Positions 18,385 to 28,229 are shown, numbered from the stretch's first letter. The stretch: 52,205 bases of DNA from Candidatus Saccharimonadota bacterium (GCA_017941835.1 JAGAVP010000034.1:1-52205), one strand, 5' to 3'. Notes: generated by a model from the letters alone, not told the origin. Made by a program: numbers and translations.

Positions 18385-19086
18385 CTAACCTAAGTTTGTA
18401 TGTACGGCGGTTACATCATCAAGATCGTCAATCGCATCGAGCAATTTTTCTGCCTTCTCCAAATCGTCGCCGTCGAGTTCGATTGTAGCGTTAGAAATAT
18501 ATTTTAGTTCTGCGCTCGTTACGTTCATGCCAGCATCGACTAGTGCTTGACGTACCTTCATCAAGTCAGAAGAAGAGGTGACAATCTCCGTGCCATCATC
18601 TTCCTCTACGACATCTTCTGCACCAGCATCAAGCGCGGTCATCATTACTTCGTCACCCTTATCAGTTACAAAAATCATACCTTTTCTTTCGAACTGGAAC
18701 ATCACGCTTCCAGGGTCAGCCATGCGACCACCATTTTTCGAAAGTGCATTTCTCACTTCTGGCATCGTACGGTTTTTATTGTCCGTAGCAACCTCGATAA
18801 TAATGCCGATTCCGCCAGGGCCATAAGCCTCGTATGTCTCTTCGACAAGTGCGGCGCCCTCTTTAGACTGAACCCGTGCAATCGCACGCTCGATATTTGC
18901 CTTTGGCATATTGGCAAGACGAGCTTTTTCAAGCACCATCGCAAGGCTTGGGTTCATTGCAGGATCTGTGCCAGCTCTTGCCGCAATTGCGATTTGGTTT
19001 CCAATCTTCGTAAACAGCGCACCACGCTTTGCATCAACTACTGCCTTTTGGCGCTTAGTTGTAGCCCACTTACTATGTCCTGACAT
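18385..19086 (-). CDS. yebC: YebC/PmpR family protein
   Basis: MSGHSKWATTKRQK, YEAYGPGG, TDNKNRT. Confidence 0.95.
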   Translation of the reverse strand: MSGHSKWATTKRQKAVVDAKRGALFTKIGNQIAIAARAGTDPAMNPSLAMVLEKARLANMPKANIERAIARVQSKEGAALVEETYEAYGPGGIGIIIEVATDNKNRTMPEVRNALSKNGGRMADPGSVMFQFERKGMIFVTDKGDEVMMTALDAGAEDVVEEDDGTEIVTSSSDLMKVRQALVDAGMNVTSAELKYISNATIELDGDDLEKAEKLLDAIDDLDDVTAVHTNLG

Positions 19087-19175
19087 CTTATCTCCTTGAA
19101 CTTATTTTTCTAATACAATTTCTATCATTATAACAGATTTTGCCACTTTTTACCAGTTTATGTATAATAGTTTTT

Positions 19176-19982
19176 ATGAGTATATTTATTGCAATCATTT
19201 TAGGCTTAGTCCAAGGTTTAACCGAATTTATCCCTGTATCTTCATCGGGACACCTCGAAATTGTCCAGCAGCTAATTGGCGGACGTGCCGACAATTTCCA
19301 TCTTTTCCTGGAGCTAATTAATTTCGGCACCTTGCTCGCGCTAATTATTTACTATCGCAAACGTATTTGGGAAATATTAAAAGACATTTTTGGCAAAAAT
19401 CACAACTTTAAACTTGCTATCAATGTAATTATTACTTGTATCCCTGCCGGTGTCGCTGGCCTGCTCCTTTCTAAATTCATCGAAGAAAACTCCTTTTTTT
19501 CATCTCTAATTACTATCTCAATCGCCATGGCCGTCGTAGGCGTACTCATGATTATTGTTGATAAACTCCCAAAACTATCTAGCCTAAAAGATGAAAATTA
19601 CCTCACCAAACCTCGCGCCCTCACCATCGGTATCGCCCAGGTTTTCGCTCTTATTCCGGGCGTTTCACGTTCTGGTAGTACCATTGTCGCCGGCCGTCTG
19701 ATGGGTCTAAGCGCTAAATCATCCGCTGATTATTCCTTCCTAGTTTCAATTCCGCTCATGACGGCAGTTTGTGCGAAGACTTTACTCTCCTCATCTACTC
19801 GCGCCTACCTTGTTGACAATCTGCCTACGCTTATCCTTTCTAACGCTATTGCTTTTATCGCTGGCCTTGCCGCCATTACCTTCTGTCTTAAATATCTCAA
19901 AAAGTCTAATTCTCTAAAAGCTTTTGGTATTTATCGCGTCATCGTTGCGACGCTTGTGCTAATCATAGTTCTAGTAAGATAA
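19176..19982 (+). CDS. uppP: Undecaprenyl-diphosphatase
   Basis: LGLVQGLTEFIPVSSSGHL, ALIPGVSRSGSTI; start ATG 19176, 7 nt after TATAAT. Confidence 0.95.
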   Translation: MSIFIAIILGLVQGLTEFIPVSSSGHLEIVQQLIGGRADNFHLFLELINFGTLLALIIYYRKRIWEILKDIFGKNHNFKLAINVIITCIPAGVAGLLLSKFIEENSFFSSLITISIAMAVVGVLMIIVDKLPKLSSLKDENYLTKPRALTIGIAQVFALIPGVSRSGSTIVAGRLMGLSAKSSADYSFLVSIPLMTAVCAKTLLSSSTRAYLVDNLPTLILSNAIAFIAGLAAITFCLKYLKKSNSLKAFGIYRVIVATLVLIIVLVR

Positions 19983-20000
19983 AGCCTCTGCTTAAAACCC

Positions 20001-20241
20001 TTGCATTTTTTCGTATTTTTTGATATCATAGAAAAGTCGTTCTTTCCAAATTGTCGTTGAACGATAAAACTAAACAGGAGTACGTCAGTACCTATGCGTA
20101 TCGGACTTAAACGGGATAACTCCCGCAAAAAGTCGCAAGAATCTCTCGCCCTCGGGCTTGAGTTCATCGAAACGAAAATTGTTTAGAAGTTTCGCTGGTA
20201 AAACGCGCAAAAGCCCTTAGTCAAAAACTAAGGGCTTTTTT
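20001..20241 (+). ncRNA. Stand-alone ~200-nt transcription unit: structured ncRNA (6S-like?) or 30-aa small ORF at 20094-20186
   Basis: TTGCAT-17-TATCAT promoter with TG extension (20001-20029); terminator at 20209-20241; no long ORF between. Confidence 0.5.
20209..20241. terminator. Bidirectional intrinsic terminator
   Basis: AAAAGCCCTTAGT-caaaa-ACTAAGGGCTTTTTT. Confidence 0.9.
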
Positions 20242-20258
20242 AGTTCTCTTTGGGCTTT

Positions 20259-20906
20259 CTATTTTAGCTCGCGTTTCATAATTGCCGCGATAGAAGTGTC
20301 ATCATCAAAATCATCGTGCGGCACATAGCCAATCAAAAACGAGATGAGCATTTGATAAGTTAAAAGTCCCACAATCTGTCCGCTTTTATTCACTACTAAG
20401 AAAAAGAAGCAATTCGTTCTAAGAAATGCTGCCATGGCTTGTTCCAGAGTATAATCAGCCCTAAGATAATAAACTTTTTTGTCCAGATATTTTGTTGCGC
20501 GGTCGGTATTTTTTATTTCGAGGGAATTGAGCTGGTCAGTATGGATTAGCCCCACCACTTGGTGTCCATCTGAAGATAAAACCGGAAAATGCGACAACCC
20601 AGATTGGTACAATTTATCTAGCATCAATGGCCCCAAAAAATCATGCTCGTACACAAAAGTAATTTCTGAGCGCGGCATCATTATTTCCGAAACCTCTAGT
20701 TCTGAAAAACTCATACAGGCCGCAATCAGTGCGCGCTGCTTCCCAGAAAGAACTTCCTTTGGCGCGCGTTTCAAAACGCCAATCAAGTCAGCCAAATCTT
20801 TTACGACGTAAGGAGGCAATTCCTCTGGCTTTTTCGGTTCGCGATACTTTTCTAGAAGTGGATCCACCCATTTTGTAAGTTTTTTCATGAAATTACTCAT
20901 GGTCAT
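20259..20906 (-). CDS. CBS-pair protein (CorC/HlyC-like CBS region, no TM domain)
   Basis: VSEIMMPRSEI, SGLSHFPV, VVNKSGQIVGLLT; exact start uncertain. Confidence 0.8.
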   Translation of the reverse strand: MTMSNFMKKLTKWVDPLLEKYREPKKPEELPPYVVKDLADLIGVLKRAPKEVLSGKQRALIAACMSFSELEVSEIMMPRSEITFVYEHDFLGPLMLDKLYQSGLSHFPVLSSDGHQVVGLIHTDQLNSLEIKNTDRATKYLDKKVYYLRADYTLEQAMAAFLRTNCFFFLVVNKSGQIVGLLTYQMLISFLIGYVPHDDFDDDTSIAAIMKRELK

Positions 20907-20973
20907 CGTCCAGTTAATATGTTAATATATATTATATCATAAAGAAGTAAGTTTTTCTATCGTAAGGAGGAGA

Positions 20974-21672
20974 ATGAATAAGAAGGGAAATATCGGCGCA
21001 ATTGTAGCCATCCTTGCCATCATTGCACTATTTGTAGGCGTAGCTATCTGGCGAGTGATTGACAAGTCGAGAATCGCTGATTATGACGTGAACTCCGTGA
21101 TTAGCGCGAACGCAGATAACGGTGAAATTGCCGACCATGTCAAAGGCGATCTCGAAACTGCCAAGGCTGTCATCTTTGAGTATGCCGATTTTCAGTGTGA
21201 AGCTTGCGCCTTGCACAATCCGCGCGTCAACAAACTCATTGATGAGTATAATGGCGATTTGGCCGTTGTCTATCGCAACTATCTTTTGCCATATCACAAG
21301 AATGGTACCGCTGCCGCTTCCGCTGCTGAAGCTGCTGGTCTTCAAGGTTATTGGAAAGAGTACGCTGATAAACTCTTCACCAACCAATCAGTCTGGTATA
21401 GCGCATCCGGTGATGAACGCACTCAGCTCTTTGTCGACTTCTTTAACTCCGTCACCAATGGTCAAGGCGATGAAGCCAAGTTTAGAAGTGATATGACTAG
21501 CGAGGCTGTAAAGAAGAAGCTTAACTTCGACGCCGAACTGGGTAATCATGTAGACATTACTGGTACGCCAACTTTCTATCTAAACGGTGAAAAAATCGAC
21601 TTTAGTGGCGCAAAAGGCGAAGACGGTTTCCTAGCAGTCTTTCGTGAGAAAATTGACGAAGCAATTAAATAA
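20974..21672 (+). CDS. DsbA/BdbD-family thiol-disulfide oxidoreductase, membrane anchored
   Basis: EYADFQCEAC, AAEAAGLQG, ITGTPTFYLNG; AAGGAGG RBS. Confidence 0.9.
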   Translation: MNKKGNIGAIVAILAIIALFVGVAIWRVIDKSRIADYDVNSVISANADNGEIADHVKGDLETAKAVIFEYADFQCEACALHNPRVNKLIDEYNGDLAVVYRNYLLPYHKNGTAAASAAEAAGLQGYWKEYADKLFTNQSVWYSASGDERTQLFVDFFNSVTNGQGDEAKFRSDMTSEAVKKKLNFDAELGNHVDITGTPTFYLNGEKIDFSGAKGEDGFLAVFREKIDEAIK

Positions 21673-21690
21673 TGATAGAATATATCTGTT

Positions 21691-23457
21691 ATGAGAATTC
21701 TATCAACAGATTTGAAGTCAAAATTAGGTGAAGTAGTTACTGTCTCTGGCTGGGTTAACTCCCGCCGCGACCACGGTGGATTGATTTTTATTGATCTGCG
21801 CGACCACAAGGGAATTATTCAGCTCGTCATCACTCCTGATACCAAAGAAGCTTTTGCGCTTGCGGAATCCCTGCGCGATGAATACGTTATTACTGCTACC
21901 GGCAAGATGCGCGAACGCGCCCCAGAGCTTAAAAATCCAAACATCGAAACTGGCGACATTGAACTAGTTGTAGAATCTCTCGAGCTCTTGAACCGTTCTG
22001 AACCTCTCCCGGTTAATACCCACGATGACGGCCCAGAATCATCTGAAGATTTACGCCTCAAATATCGTTTCCTTGACCTCCGTCGCCCTAGTATGCAGAA
22101 TCGACTTCGTCGTCGCTCCGAGTACTACCAAGTACTTAGAAAATACATGATTCAGCATGATTTCGTTGAGGTCACCACGCCAATCCTTGCCAACTCTTCT
22201 CCTGAAGGTGCCCGCGATTTTCTCGTTCCGTCACGTCTCCATCCGGGCAAATTCTATGCTCTTCCACAAGCCCCACAGCAGTTTAAACAACTTTTAATGG
22301 TTGGTGGTGTTCCACGTTATTTCCAAATTGCTCCATGTTTCCGTGATGAAGACCCTCGCGCCGATCGTCTCTACGGCGACTTTTACCAGCTCGACCTCGA
22401 GATGGCCTTTGTTGATGATGGCGAAACCGTCCGCCAAGAAATGGAGCCGCTAATTAAAAGCCTCGTCACTGATTTCGCCAGCAAAAAGCTACTTAGCGAA
22501 GACATTCCACGTATCTCCTATCGTGAGGCGATGGATACCTACGGCACAGACAAGCCAGACCTCCGTTATGATATGCCACTGATTGATTTGACTGACGTTT
22601 TCAAAAACACCGACTTCAAGGTCTTCAAATCTCCATGTGTAAAGGCTCTTTGCGTAAAAGGCGGTGCTTCGCTCTCTCGTTCCCAGATTGATAACTTCAC
22701 CGACCTCGCCCGTAAAAACGGCGCCGGTGGTCTAGCCTATATTCTTTATGAAAACGGCGAAGCCAAATCTCCAATTGCTAAGTTCTTAACTAAAGAAGAA
22801 TTAGACGGAGTAAAAAATGCCACCAAAGCCGAAGATGGTGATGCGGTTTTCTTTGGTGCTGATACTCGGGAAAAAGTTAACAAAGTCCTTGGCATCTTAC
22901 GTATCGCCTTTGCTGACCATTTCAATTTGAAAGATGACAATGTTGTTGCACTTTGTTGGATTGTTGATTTTCCATTTTACGAATGGAATGATGGTGAAGA
23001 AAAACTCGACTTTGGACACAACCCATTCTCCATGCCAAAGGGTGGCATCAAAGCTCTAGAAAACGCTAAAACTGATGAAGAAAAACTTGCTATTACTGCC
23101 GACCAATACGATATGGTCATGAACGGCTACGAAATTTGTTCAGGTGCTGTCAGAAATCACAATCCTGAAATCATGTACAAAGTATTCGAGCTTCTCGGCT
23201 ACGACCATAAGTATGTCGAAGAACGTTTTGGCGGCATGCTTTCTGCCTTCAAATTTGGCGCTCCTCCACATGCCGGCTGCGCTTTCGGTCTAGAGAGAAT
23301 CTTCATGGTTCTAACGAACACGAAGAATATTCGCGATATTGTTGCCTTCCCGAAGAATGGCTCTGGAGTTGATTTAATGATGAATTCTCCTTCCCCAGTA
23401 GATAAGTATCAGCTAGAAGACGCCTCCATCCAAATTATCGAACCAGAAGACGATTAA
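21691..23457 (+). CDS. aspS: Aspartate--tRNA ligase
   Basis: RRDHGGLIFIDLRD, PEGARDFLVPSR, LPQAPQQFKQLLM, CFRDED, PPHAGCAFGLER. Confidence 0.97.
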   Translation: MRILSTDLKSKLGEVVTVSGWVNSRRDHGGLIFIDLRDHKGIIQLVITPDTKEAFALAESLRDEYVITATGKMRERAPELKNPNIETGDIELVVESLELLNRSEPLPVNTHDDGPESSEDLRLKYRFLDLRRPSMQNRLRRRSEYYQVLRKYMIQHDFVEVTTPILANSSPEGARDFLVPSRLHPGKFYALPQAPQQFKQLLMVGGVPRYFQIAPCFRDEDPRADRLYGDFYQLDLEMAFVDDGETVRQEMEPLIKSLVTDFASKKLLSEDIPRISYREAMDTYGTDKPDLRYDMPLIDLTDVFKNTDFKVFKSPCVKALCVKGGASLSRSQIDNFTDLARKNGAGGLAYILYENGEAKSPIAKFLTKEELDGVKNATKAEDGDAVFFGADTREKVNKVLGILRIAFADHFNLKDDNVVALCWIVDFPFYEWNDGEEKLDFGHNPFSMPKGGIKALENAKTDEEKLAITADQYDMVMNGYEICSGAVRNHNPEIMYKVFELLGYDHKYVEERFGGMLSAFKFGAPPHAGCAFGLERIFMVLTNTKNIRDIVAFPKNGSGVDLMMNSPSPVDKYQLEDASIQIIEPEDD

Positions 23458-23473
23458 TTTCTCAAAATCTGAA

Positions 23474-23526
23474 TTTTTAAGCTTTTAAGGTTTTTAAGCT
23501 TTCTTTAAGCTACCCCTGTTATAATC
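23474..23526 (+). promoter_or_regulatory. Tandem TTAAG(CT) direct repeats upstream of an extended -10 box for the VTC operon
   Basis: TTAAG at 23477, 23485, 23494 and 23505 (last two TTAAGCT, 11 bp apart), then TGTTATAAT. Confidence 0.5.
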
Positions 23527-23572
23527 CTAGGCATCAGAACCTTCAGGGTTTTGGTAGAAAGGATTAACATAT

Positions 23573-24280
23573 ATGGCTCAACAAATATTCAGAAGAACTG
23601 AAATCAAATACGTTCTTTCTGAAAACCAGGTCAAATCTCTTTTATGGCTAATCGAGCCATATCTGAAGAAAGACAAATATTTCAAAGGCACGAACTGCAG
23701 CATCTATTTCGACAATGATAGTAGATATCTCGCAATTCACTCTTTGGAAAAGCCCCTATATAAGGAAAAAGTTCGCGTTCGAAGCTACGGCGTACCAAAA
23801 CTGGATGACACAGTTTTCTTAGAAATTAAGAAAAAGTTCAAAGGCATTGGTAGCAAACGTCGTATTCCTATTAAACTTTCCGATTTTTACGAGTACCAGA
23901 AAACTGGTAGGCTAGATAGCGATTCGGAAGTTATCAAAGCGGAACTCGATAATTGCTTCAAACGCTACAATTTAAGACCGACAATGTTTTTGGCTTATGA
24001 CCGCACGTCTTATTGCGACAAAGATGACCCAACTTTTCGGCTCACTTTCGATCGCAACGTCAGAAGTCGCAACGATAATCTAAGATTAGAAAAAGGCGAC
24101 TCTGGCAAAAAGTTCTTTAAGCATGGCGAAGTTGTGATGGAAGTAAAAGCTTTGGAGCGCTTTCCATTCTACTTTGTCCACGCTTTATCAAAGTTAAAAA
24201 TCTATCCGTCTTCGTTCTCAAAATATGGACGCGTAACTGAAAAAGAAATCTTTAAAGGAAAGGAAATTCAATATGTTTAA
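23573..24280 (+). CDS. VTC (polyphosphate polymerase)-domain protein, CYTH-like
   Basis: FRRTEIKY, SIYFD, KEKVRVRSYG, FLEIKKK, YDRTSY, RLTFD, MEVK, SFSKYG. Confidence 0.9.
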   Translation: MAQQIFRRTEIKYVLSENQVKSLLWLIEPYLKKDKYFKGTNCSIYFDNDSRYLAIHSLEKPLYKEKVRVRSYGVPKLDDTVFLEIKKKFKGIGSKRRIPIKLSDFYEYQKTGRLDSDSEVIKAELDNCFKRYNLRPTMFLAYDRTSYCDKDDPTFRLTFDRNVRSRNDNLRLEKGDSGKKFFKHGEVVMEVKALERFPFYFVHALSKLKIYPSSFSKYGRVTEKEIFKGKEIQYV

Positions 24281-24935
24281 TAGTATTTTAGGCTCTACGC
24301 TTACTCCGCTGACATTTTTCTCATGTCTCGGTGTAGCGCTTGTGCTAGGTCTGATTGTGGCCATCGTCCACAAAAAGACTGCTCGCTCTTCTAGTAATTT
24401 TATTACCACTTTAGCTATTCTGCCTATGCTAGTTGCTATGGCGATTATGCTTGTGAACGGCAATCTCGGCGCAGGTGTCGCCACAGTCGGTGTCTTCTCA
24501 CTCGTGCGTTTCCGTTCTATTGCTGGTAACTCTCGTAGTATTTTATCCGTGTTCTTTGCGATGGCAATCGGCCTTGCCGTTGGTACTGGCTATATTACCT
24601 TTGCGGCATTGTTCACGGTTGTAGTTGCCGCGATTATCGCCTTCTTGAAATACATCAAGTTCGGCGAAGCGTCAAATATCGACAAGAAACTTACAATTCT
24701 TGTTCCTGAAGACCTTGACTATACTGAAATGTTTGATGACGTTTTTGCTAAATATACTAGCAGCCATCTTTTGGAAAAAGCCAAAACCACTAACATGGGT
24801 AGCATGTTTGAACTAACTTATCGTATCAATACTAAGAAGAATATTAATGAAAAAGAATTTATCGACAAAATTCGTGTTAAAAACGGAAACCTCAAAGTTT
24901 CCTTATCACATCCACTAATTGAGGAGGAATTATAA
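24273..24935 (+). CDS. DUF4956 membrane protein
   Basis: NGNLGAGVATVGVFSLVRFRS, MAIGLAVGTGY, PEDLDY, TTNMGSMFELTY. Confidence 0.9.
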   Translation: MFNSILGSTLTPLTFFSCLGVALVLGLIVAIVHKKTARSSSNFITTLAILPMLVAMAIMLVNGNLGAGVATVGVFSLVRFRSIAGNSRSILSVFFAMAIGLAVGTGYITFAALFTVVVAAIIAFLKYIKFGEASNIDKKLTILVPEDLDYTEMFDDVFAKYTSSHLLEKAKTTNMGSMFELTYRINTKKNINEKEFIDKIRVKNGNLKVSLSHPLIEEEL

Positions 24936-24936
24936 T

Positions 24937-25935
24937 ATGAAAAAGCAAACTTTAGCCGCAATTATCGGGGGAGTAGTTTTAGCGATCGGCGTGGCCGGTG
25001 CTGGAACCTATCTCATCATTAAGAATAATACCGCAGAACAAACTACGATCGTCTCTAGTGATTCTAGCTCGTCTTCCGGCTCTACAACTTTAGCAGAAGG
25101 CAAGAATAAAATCACGTCTGGTGGCACCTATACTTTTACGGGTAGTATTTCAAGCGGTAAAATTACCGTCGATACAACCGAAGCCGTTACTATCATTTTA
25201 GACAACGTCTCTATCTCCAGTAGCGATGGCGCAGCCATTAAGTGTCAGGCGGATAGTAACGTCACGATTAAACTAGTTGGCGATAATAAAATTACCGCCA
25301 CCAACGAAAATGATGGCATTAATTCCGAGGGCGACCTCACTATCACAGGCGATGGTTCACTCACGATTAGTGCAGCTGACGACGGCATTCACGCCGATGG
25401 CAAACTTACCATCGAAAGTGGTAATATCACTATCACCGGCGCCGAGGGCCTAGAGGCTACCTACGTCAAAATTGACGGTGGTACTATTAATATCACAGCC
25501 TCAGACGATGGCATCAACGCTGCCGCAAAATCAGATAAGTATTCCGTTCTCGTTGAAATTAATGGTGGCGATATTACAATTAACATGGGCCAGGGTGATA
25601 CTGACGCCATCGACTCCAATGATAATATTATTATTAATGGTGGCACAGTTAATATTACCGGCCAGTCAGCCTTTGACTATGATGGCACCGCAACCTTGAA
25701 TGGTGGCAAACTCATCGTTAATGGCACCGAAACAACGTCCATCACCAACCAGTTTATGGGCGGTGGTATGATGGGTGGCATGATGGGCGGTGGCCAGATG
25801 CCAACAGAAGGCACAACACCGACGGAAGGTACTGCACCTTCTGGGGAAACTGCCCCTTCAGGCACTGCTCCAAGTAACGGCTCGACTTCTGGGCAGCAAA
25901 GACAGAATCGTACTCGCACCACAACTACTCAGTAA
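24937..25935 (+). CDS. Carbohydrate-binding beta-helix protein (Cthe_2159-like)
   Basis: ITSGGTYTFTG, repeated ASDDGINA/DAIDSN turns, low-complexity tail; GAGGAGG RBS, start MKKQTL. Confidence 0.85.
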   Translation: MKKQTLAAIIGGVVLAIGVAGAGTYLIIKNNTAEQTTIVSSDSSSSSGSTTLAEGKNKITSGGTYTFTGSISSGKITVDTTEAVTIILDNVSISSSDGAAIKCQADSNVTIKLVGDNKITATNENDGINSEGDLTITGDGSLTISAADDGIHADGKLTIESGNITITGAEGLEATYVKIDGGTINITASDDGINAAAKSDKYSVLVEINGGDITINMGQGDTDAIDSNDNIIINGGTVNITGQSAFDYDGTATLNGGKLIVNGTETTSITNQFMGGGMMGGMMGGGQMPTEGTTPTEGTAPSGETAPSGTAPSNGSTSGQQRQNRTRTTTTQ

Positions 25936-25952
25936 CGTAGTATAATGGTGGT

Positions 25953-27035
25953 ATGTCAAATATCATCGATTACGTTAAAGTCCATGGTGGATATAAGATA
26001 AACCGCACAGCACCGTTTTGCGAACTTGATGCAATCGTGCTGTCGCGGTTTTCTTATTTGCCTTTTCACAAAATTAAATTAGAAGAAAAAGAAACCGTCG
26101 CTAGTGTTGCCGAGAAAATGCGCAAGTTAAAATCCAAAGATTTTGGCTGGCCAGAAGATGCTGAATATATCGAGGCGATGGGTTTTTCGAAACGCTTTTC
26201 TACCCTCAAAGTTACCGACTATTGCAGCAAAAATAGCAAAAAAATCACTGAACAATTCCAGGCCATTTCCATCCACGTTAATTCCTTCAAAGTCTTCGTT
26301 TCTTATAATGGCACTGACAGCTCATTACATGGCTGGCGCGAAGATTTGAATCTCGCCCTGCTTGACGAAATCCCCGCACAGCTTTCTGGTGCAAAATATT
26401 TCAAACAAATAGCCAACCGCTATCCATGGAAAAAGCTTTATCTTGGCGGCCATTCTAAAGGCGGCAACGTCGCCATGTATTCTGCCATTACTGCTCCAGA
26501 CCTCTACCAGAATCGTATCATCAAAGTCTACGCCGAGGATGCTCCCGGTATGTCTAAAAAAGTAGTCGAAAAAGATACCGGCGTTTCCGTCTTGCCGCGC
26601 ATCATTCACTACATTCCTCAGGATTCCGTAGTTGGGCGCTTATTGAATCACTCCGAAAAATTTGAAGTCATAAAAAGTAATGCCAAGAATTTCTGGCAAC
26701 ACAATATTTATTCATGGGAAGTTGATCTTGCCACCAAAAAACTCGTTCGTTCCAAGGTCACTAAGAAAAGCGATTTTGTCGACAAGACCCTGGACCGTTG
26801 GCTACAAGACGCAGACGAGACACAAAAAAAGGAATTTGCCAATTTGCTTTTCAAAGTCTTAGAGGACAGCAAAATCGGCACGCCAGTTGATGTTGGCGCT
26901 GCCGGAATCCACGCCATCCCACCACTTTTCAAATCATTTCGCTCGCTTCCGCGCGCAGACCGTGGAGTCATTATTAGCTTCGTCAAAAAATTGCTAATCA
27001 CGGCCTACGAAGTTACTCGCGAGAACAAGTCATGA
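25953..27035 (+). CDS. DUF2974/Mbeg1-like alpha/beta hydrolase
   Basis: NIIDYV, GTDSSLHGWRED, GGHSKGGN nucleophile elbow, DAPG, PQDSVVGRLL. Confidence 0.88.
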   Translation: MSNIIDYVKVHGGYKINRTAPFCELDAIVLSRFSYLPFHKIKLEEKETVASVAEKMRKLKSKDFGWPEDAEYIEAMGFSKRFSTLKVTDYCSKNSKKITEQFQAISIHVNSFKVFVSYNGTDSSLHGWREDLNLALLDEIPAQLSGAKYFKQIANRYPWKKLYLGGHSKGGNVAMYSAITAPDLYQNRIIKVYAEDAPGMSKKVVEKDTGVSVLPRIIHYIPQDSVVGRLLNHSEKFEVIKSNAKNFWQHNIYSWEVDLATKKLVRSKVTKKSDFVDKTLDRWLQDADETQKKEFANLLFKVLEDSKIGTPVDVGAAGIHAIPPLFKSFRSLPRADRGVIISFVKKLLITAYEVTRENKS

Positions 27036-27568
27036 TTATTTATTGCATTCGCCACGGCGAAACGCCGAGCAATATCACCGGCATTGTTGCCGGTCGTTCT
27101 AACGAAAGTCTGACCGAAAAGGGAATTGAGCAAGCTGAGGAACTGAATAAAAAAATTGGCACCAAACATTTTGATGCCGTTTTTGTTTCGCCGATGCGTC
27201 GCACTATGCAGACTGCTGAAATCATCATTCCCGAAGCGGATTTCATTGTCGATAAACGTATTGCCGAGCGCGATCTCGGCAAACTCAAAGATTATACAAT
27301 CGATGAGCTCTGGCAGATGCCGGATTGGAATTCGCTTGTCAAATTAAAAACTGACGAGGAGGCGGAAACTTTTGCCTCGGGCTTGCTACGCGTGCGCGAT
27401 TTTTTATCCGATCTAAAAAAGAAATTTCCGGACGACGCGGAAATTTTACTCATTACTCACAGCTTTGTCTCGCGCTGTATTTGGGCCATTGTCAATGGCT
27501 ATGACGAGAATACTGACTATTCCAAATTCCACCATAAAAACGACGAAATCGTAAAATATATCATTTGA
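27032..27568 (+). CDS. Histidine phosphatase (phosphoglycerate mutase family)
   Basis: IRHGET, SPMRRTMQTA, ERDLG, LLITH. Confidence 0.9.
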   Translation: MIIYCIRHGETPSNITGIVAGRSNESLTEKGIEQAEELNKKIGTKHFDAVFVSPMRRTMQTAEIIIPEADFIVDKRIAERDLGKLKDYTIDELWQMPDWNSLVKLKTDEEAETFASGLLRVRDFLSDLKKKFPDDAEILLITHSFVSRCIWAIVNGYDENTDYSKFHHKNDEIVKYII

Positions 27569-27644
27569 TGGTCAGGGTGAGCAGACTTGAACTGCCGACC
27601 TCTACTTCCCGAAAGTAGCGCGCTACCAACTGCGCCACACCCTG
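27569..27644 (-). tRNA. tRNA-Pro (anticodon CGG)
   Basis: Minus strand CAGGGTG...CTACT-ttCGGga-AGTAG...GTTCAAGTC...CACCCTGACCA. Confidence 0.95.
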
Positions 27645-27684
27645 ATCGTTTTATATTTTACCAGAAAACTGCTAGAATATCTAT

Positions 27685-28077
27685 ATGCTAAGACCCCCTT
27701 TCACGAAACGTCGTCGCATCATACTCATTGCGCTCATTGCCACGGTCGCCGGGATTATTAATGCCGCAGTTATTCTTTATCTTACTCACCAGCCCGATTA
27801 CGTGTCGGAAGCTATATCTGTCGTTAATGCCATGTCGCCATCCGACAAAACTATCGTCGTAGAAAATGATTCCGCCAAGGAATCCTTTTTGAATCACGCC
27901 GGAGATTATGTAATCTATACAGAAGCAGAACTTCCTGACAGCCTTGAGGCATTTTGGTATATACTTTCGCCCGATAGCCCAAAACTAAAAAGCTCTTCAG
28001 ACATCATCAAAGGCTACCATGCAATTTCTGAAATTATCAACGACCACTATGCTGCCTTCGAACTTGAAAAACTCTAG
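27685..28077 (+). CDS. Hypothetical membrane-anchored protein
   Basis: N-terminal TM; TGCTAGAAT 6 nt before ATG. Confidence 0.65.
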   Translation: MLRPPFTKRRRIILIALIATVAGIINAAVILYLTHQPDYVSEAISVVNAMSPSDKTIVVENDSAKESFLNHAGDYVIYTEAELPDSLEAFWYILSPDSPKLKSSSDIIKGYHAISEIINDHYAAFELEKL

Positions 28078-28101
28078 ACTTAGTGCTATAATGTAAGAGT
28101 T

Positions 28102-28177
28102 CGGGGCGTAGCGCAGTTGGTAGCGCACGCGGTTTGGGACCGTGAGGTCGCAGGTTCGAGCCCTGTCGCCCCGACCA
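28102..28177 (+). tRNA. tRNA-Pro (anticodon UGG)
   Basis: CGGGGCG...CGCGG-ttTGGga-CCGTG...GGTTCGAGCCC...CGCCCCGACCA. Confidence 0.95.
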
Positions 28178-28229
28178 CTTATATGTCACTTCTGGCATAT
28201 TTTTTTGTCTCCGTGCTATAATTAATCTA

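Noticed and set aside
18547-19099. Long antisense or alternate-frame ORFs, here opposite yebC and similarly at 29898-30533, 16222-16731 and others
   Set aside because: They fully overlap well-conserved genes, lack expression signals, and arise from codon bias.
25755-25880. Short repeats encoding MGGGMMGGMMGGG and PTEGT/APSG
   Set aside because: Ordinary low-complexity protein tail; not a CRISPR array or mobile repeat.
27569-28177. Divergent tRNA-Pro pair flanking one gene as a possible integration site or island
   Set aside because: No integrase, and no duplicated tRNA 3' end (att site) seen in the window.
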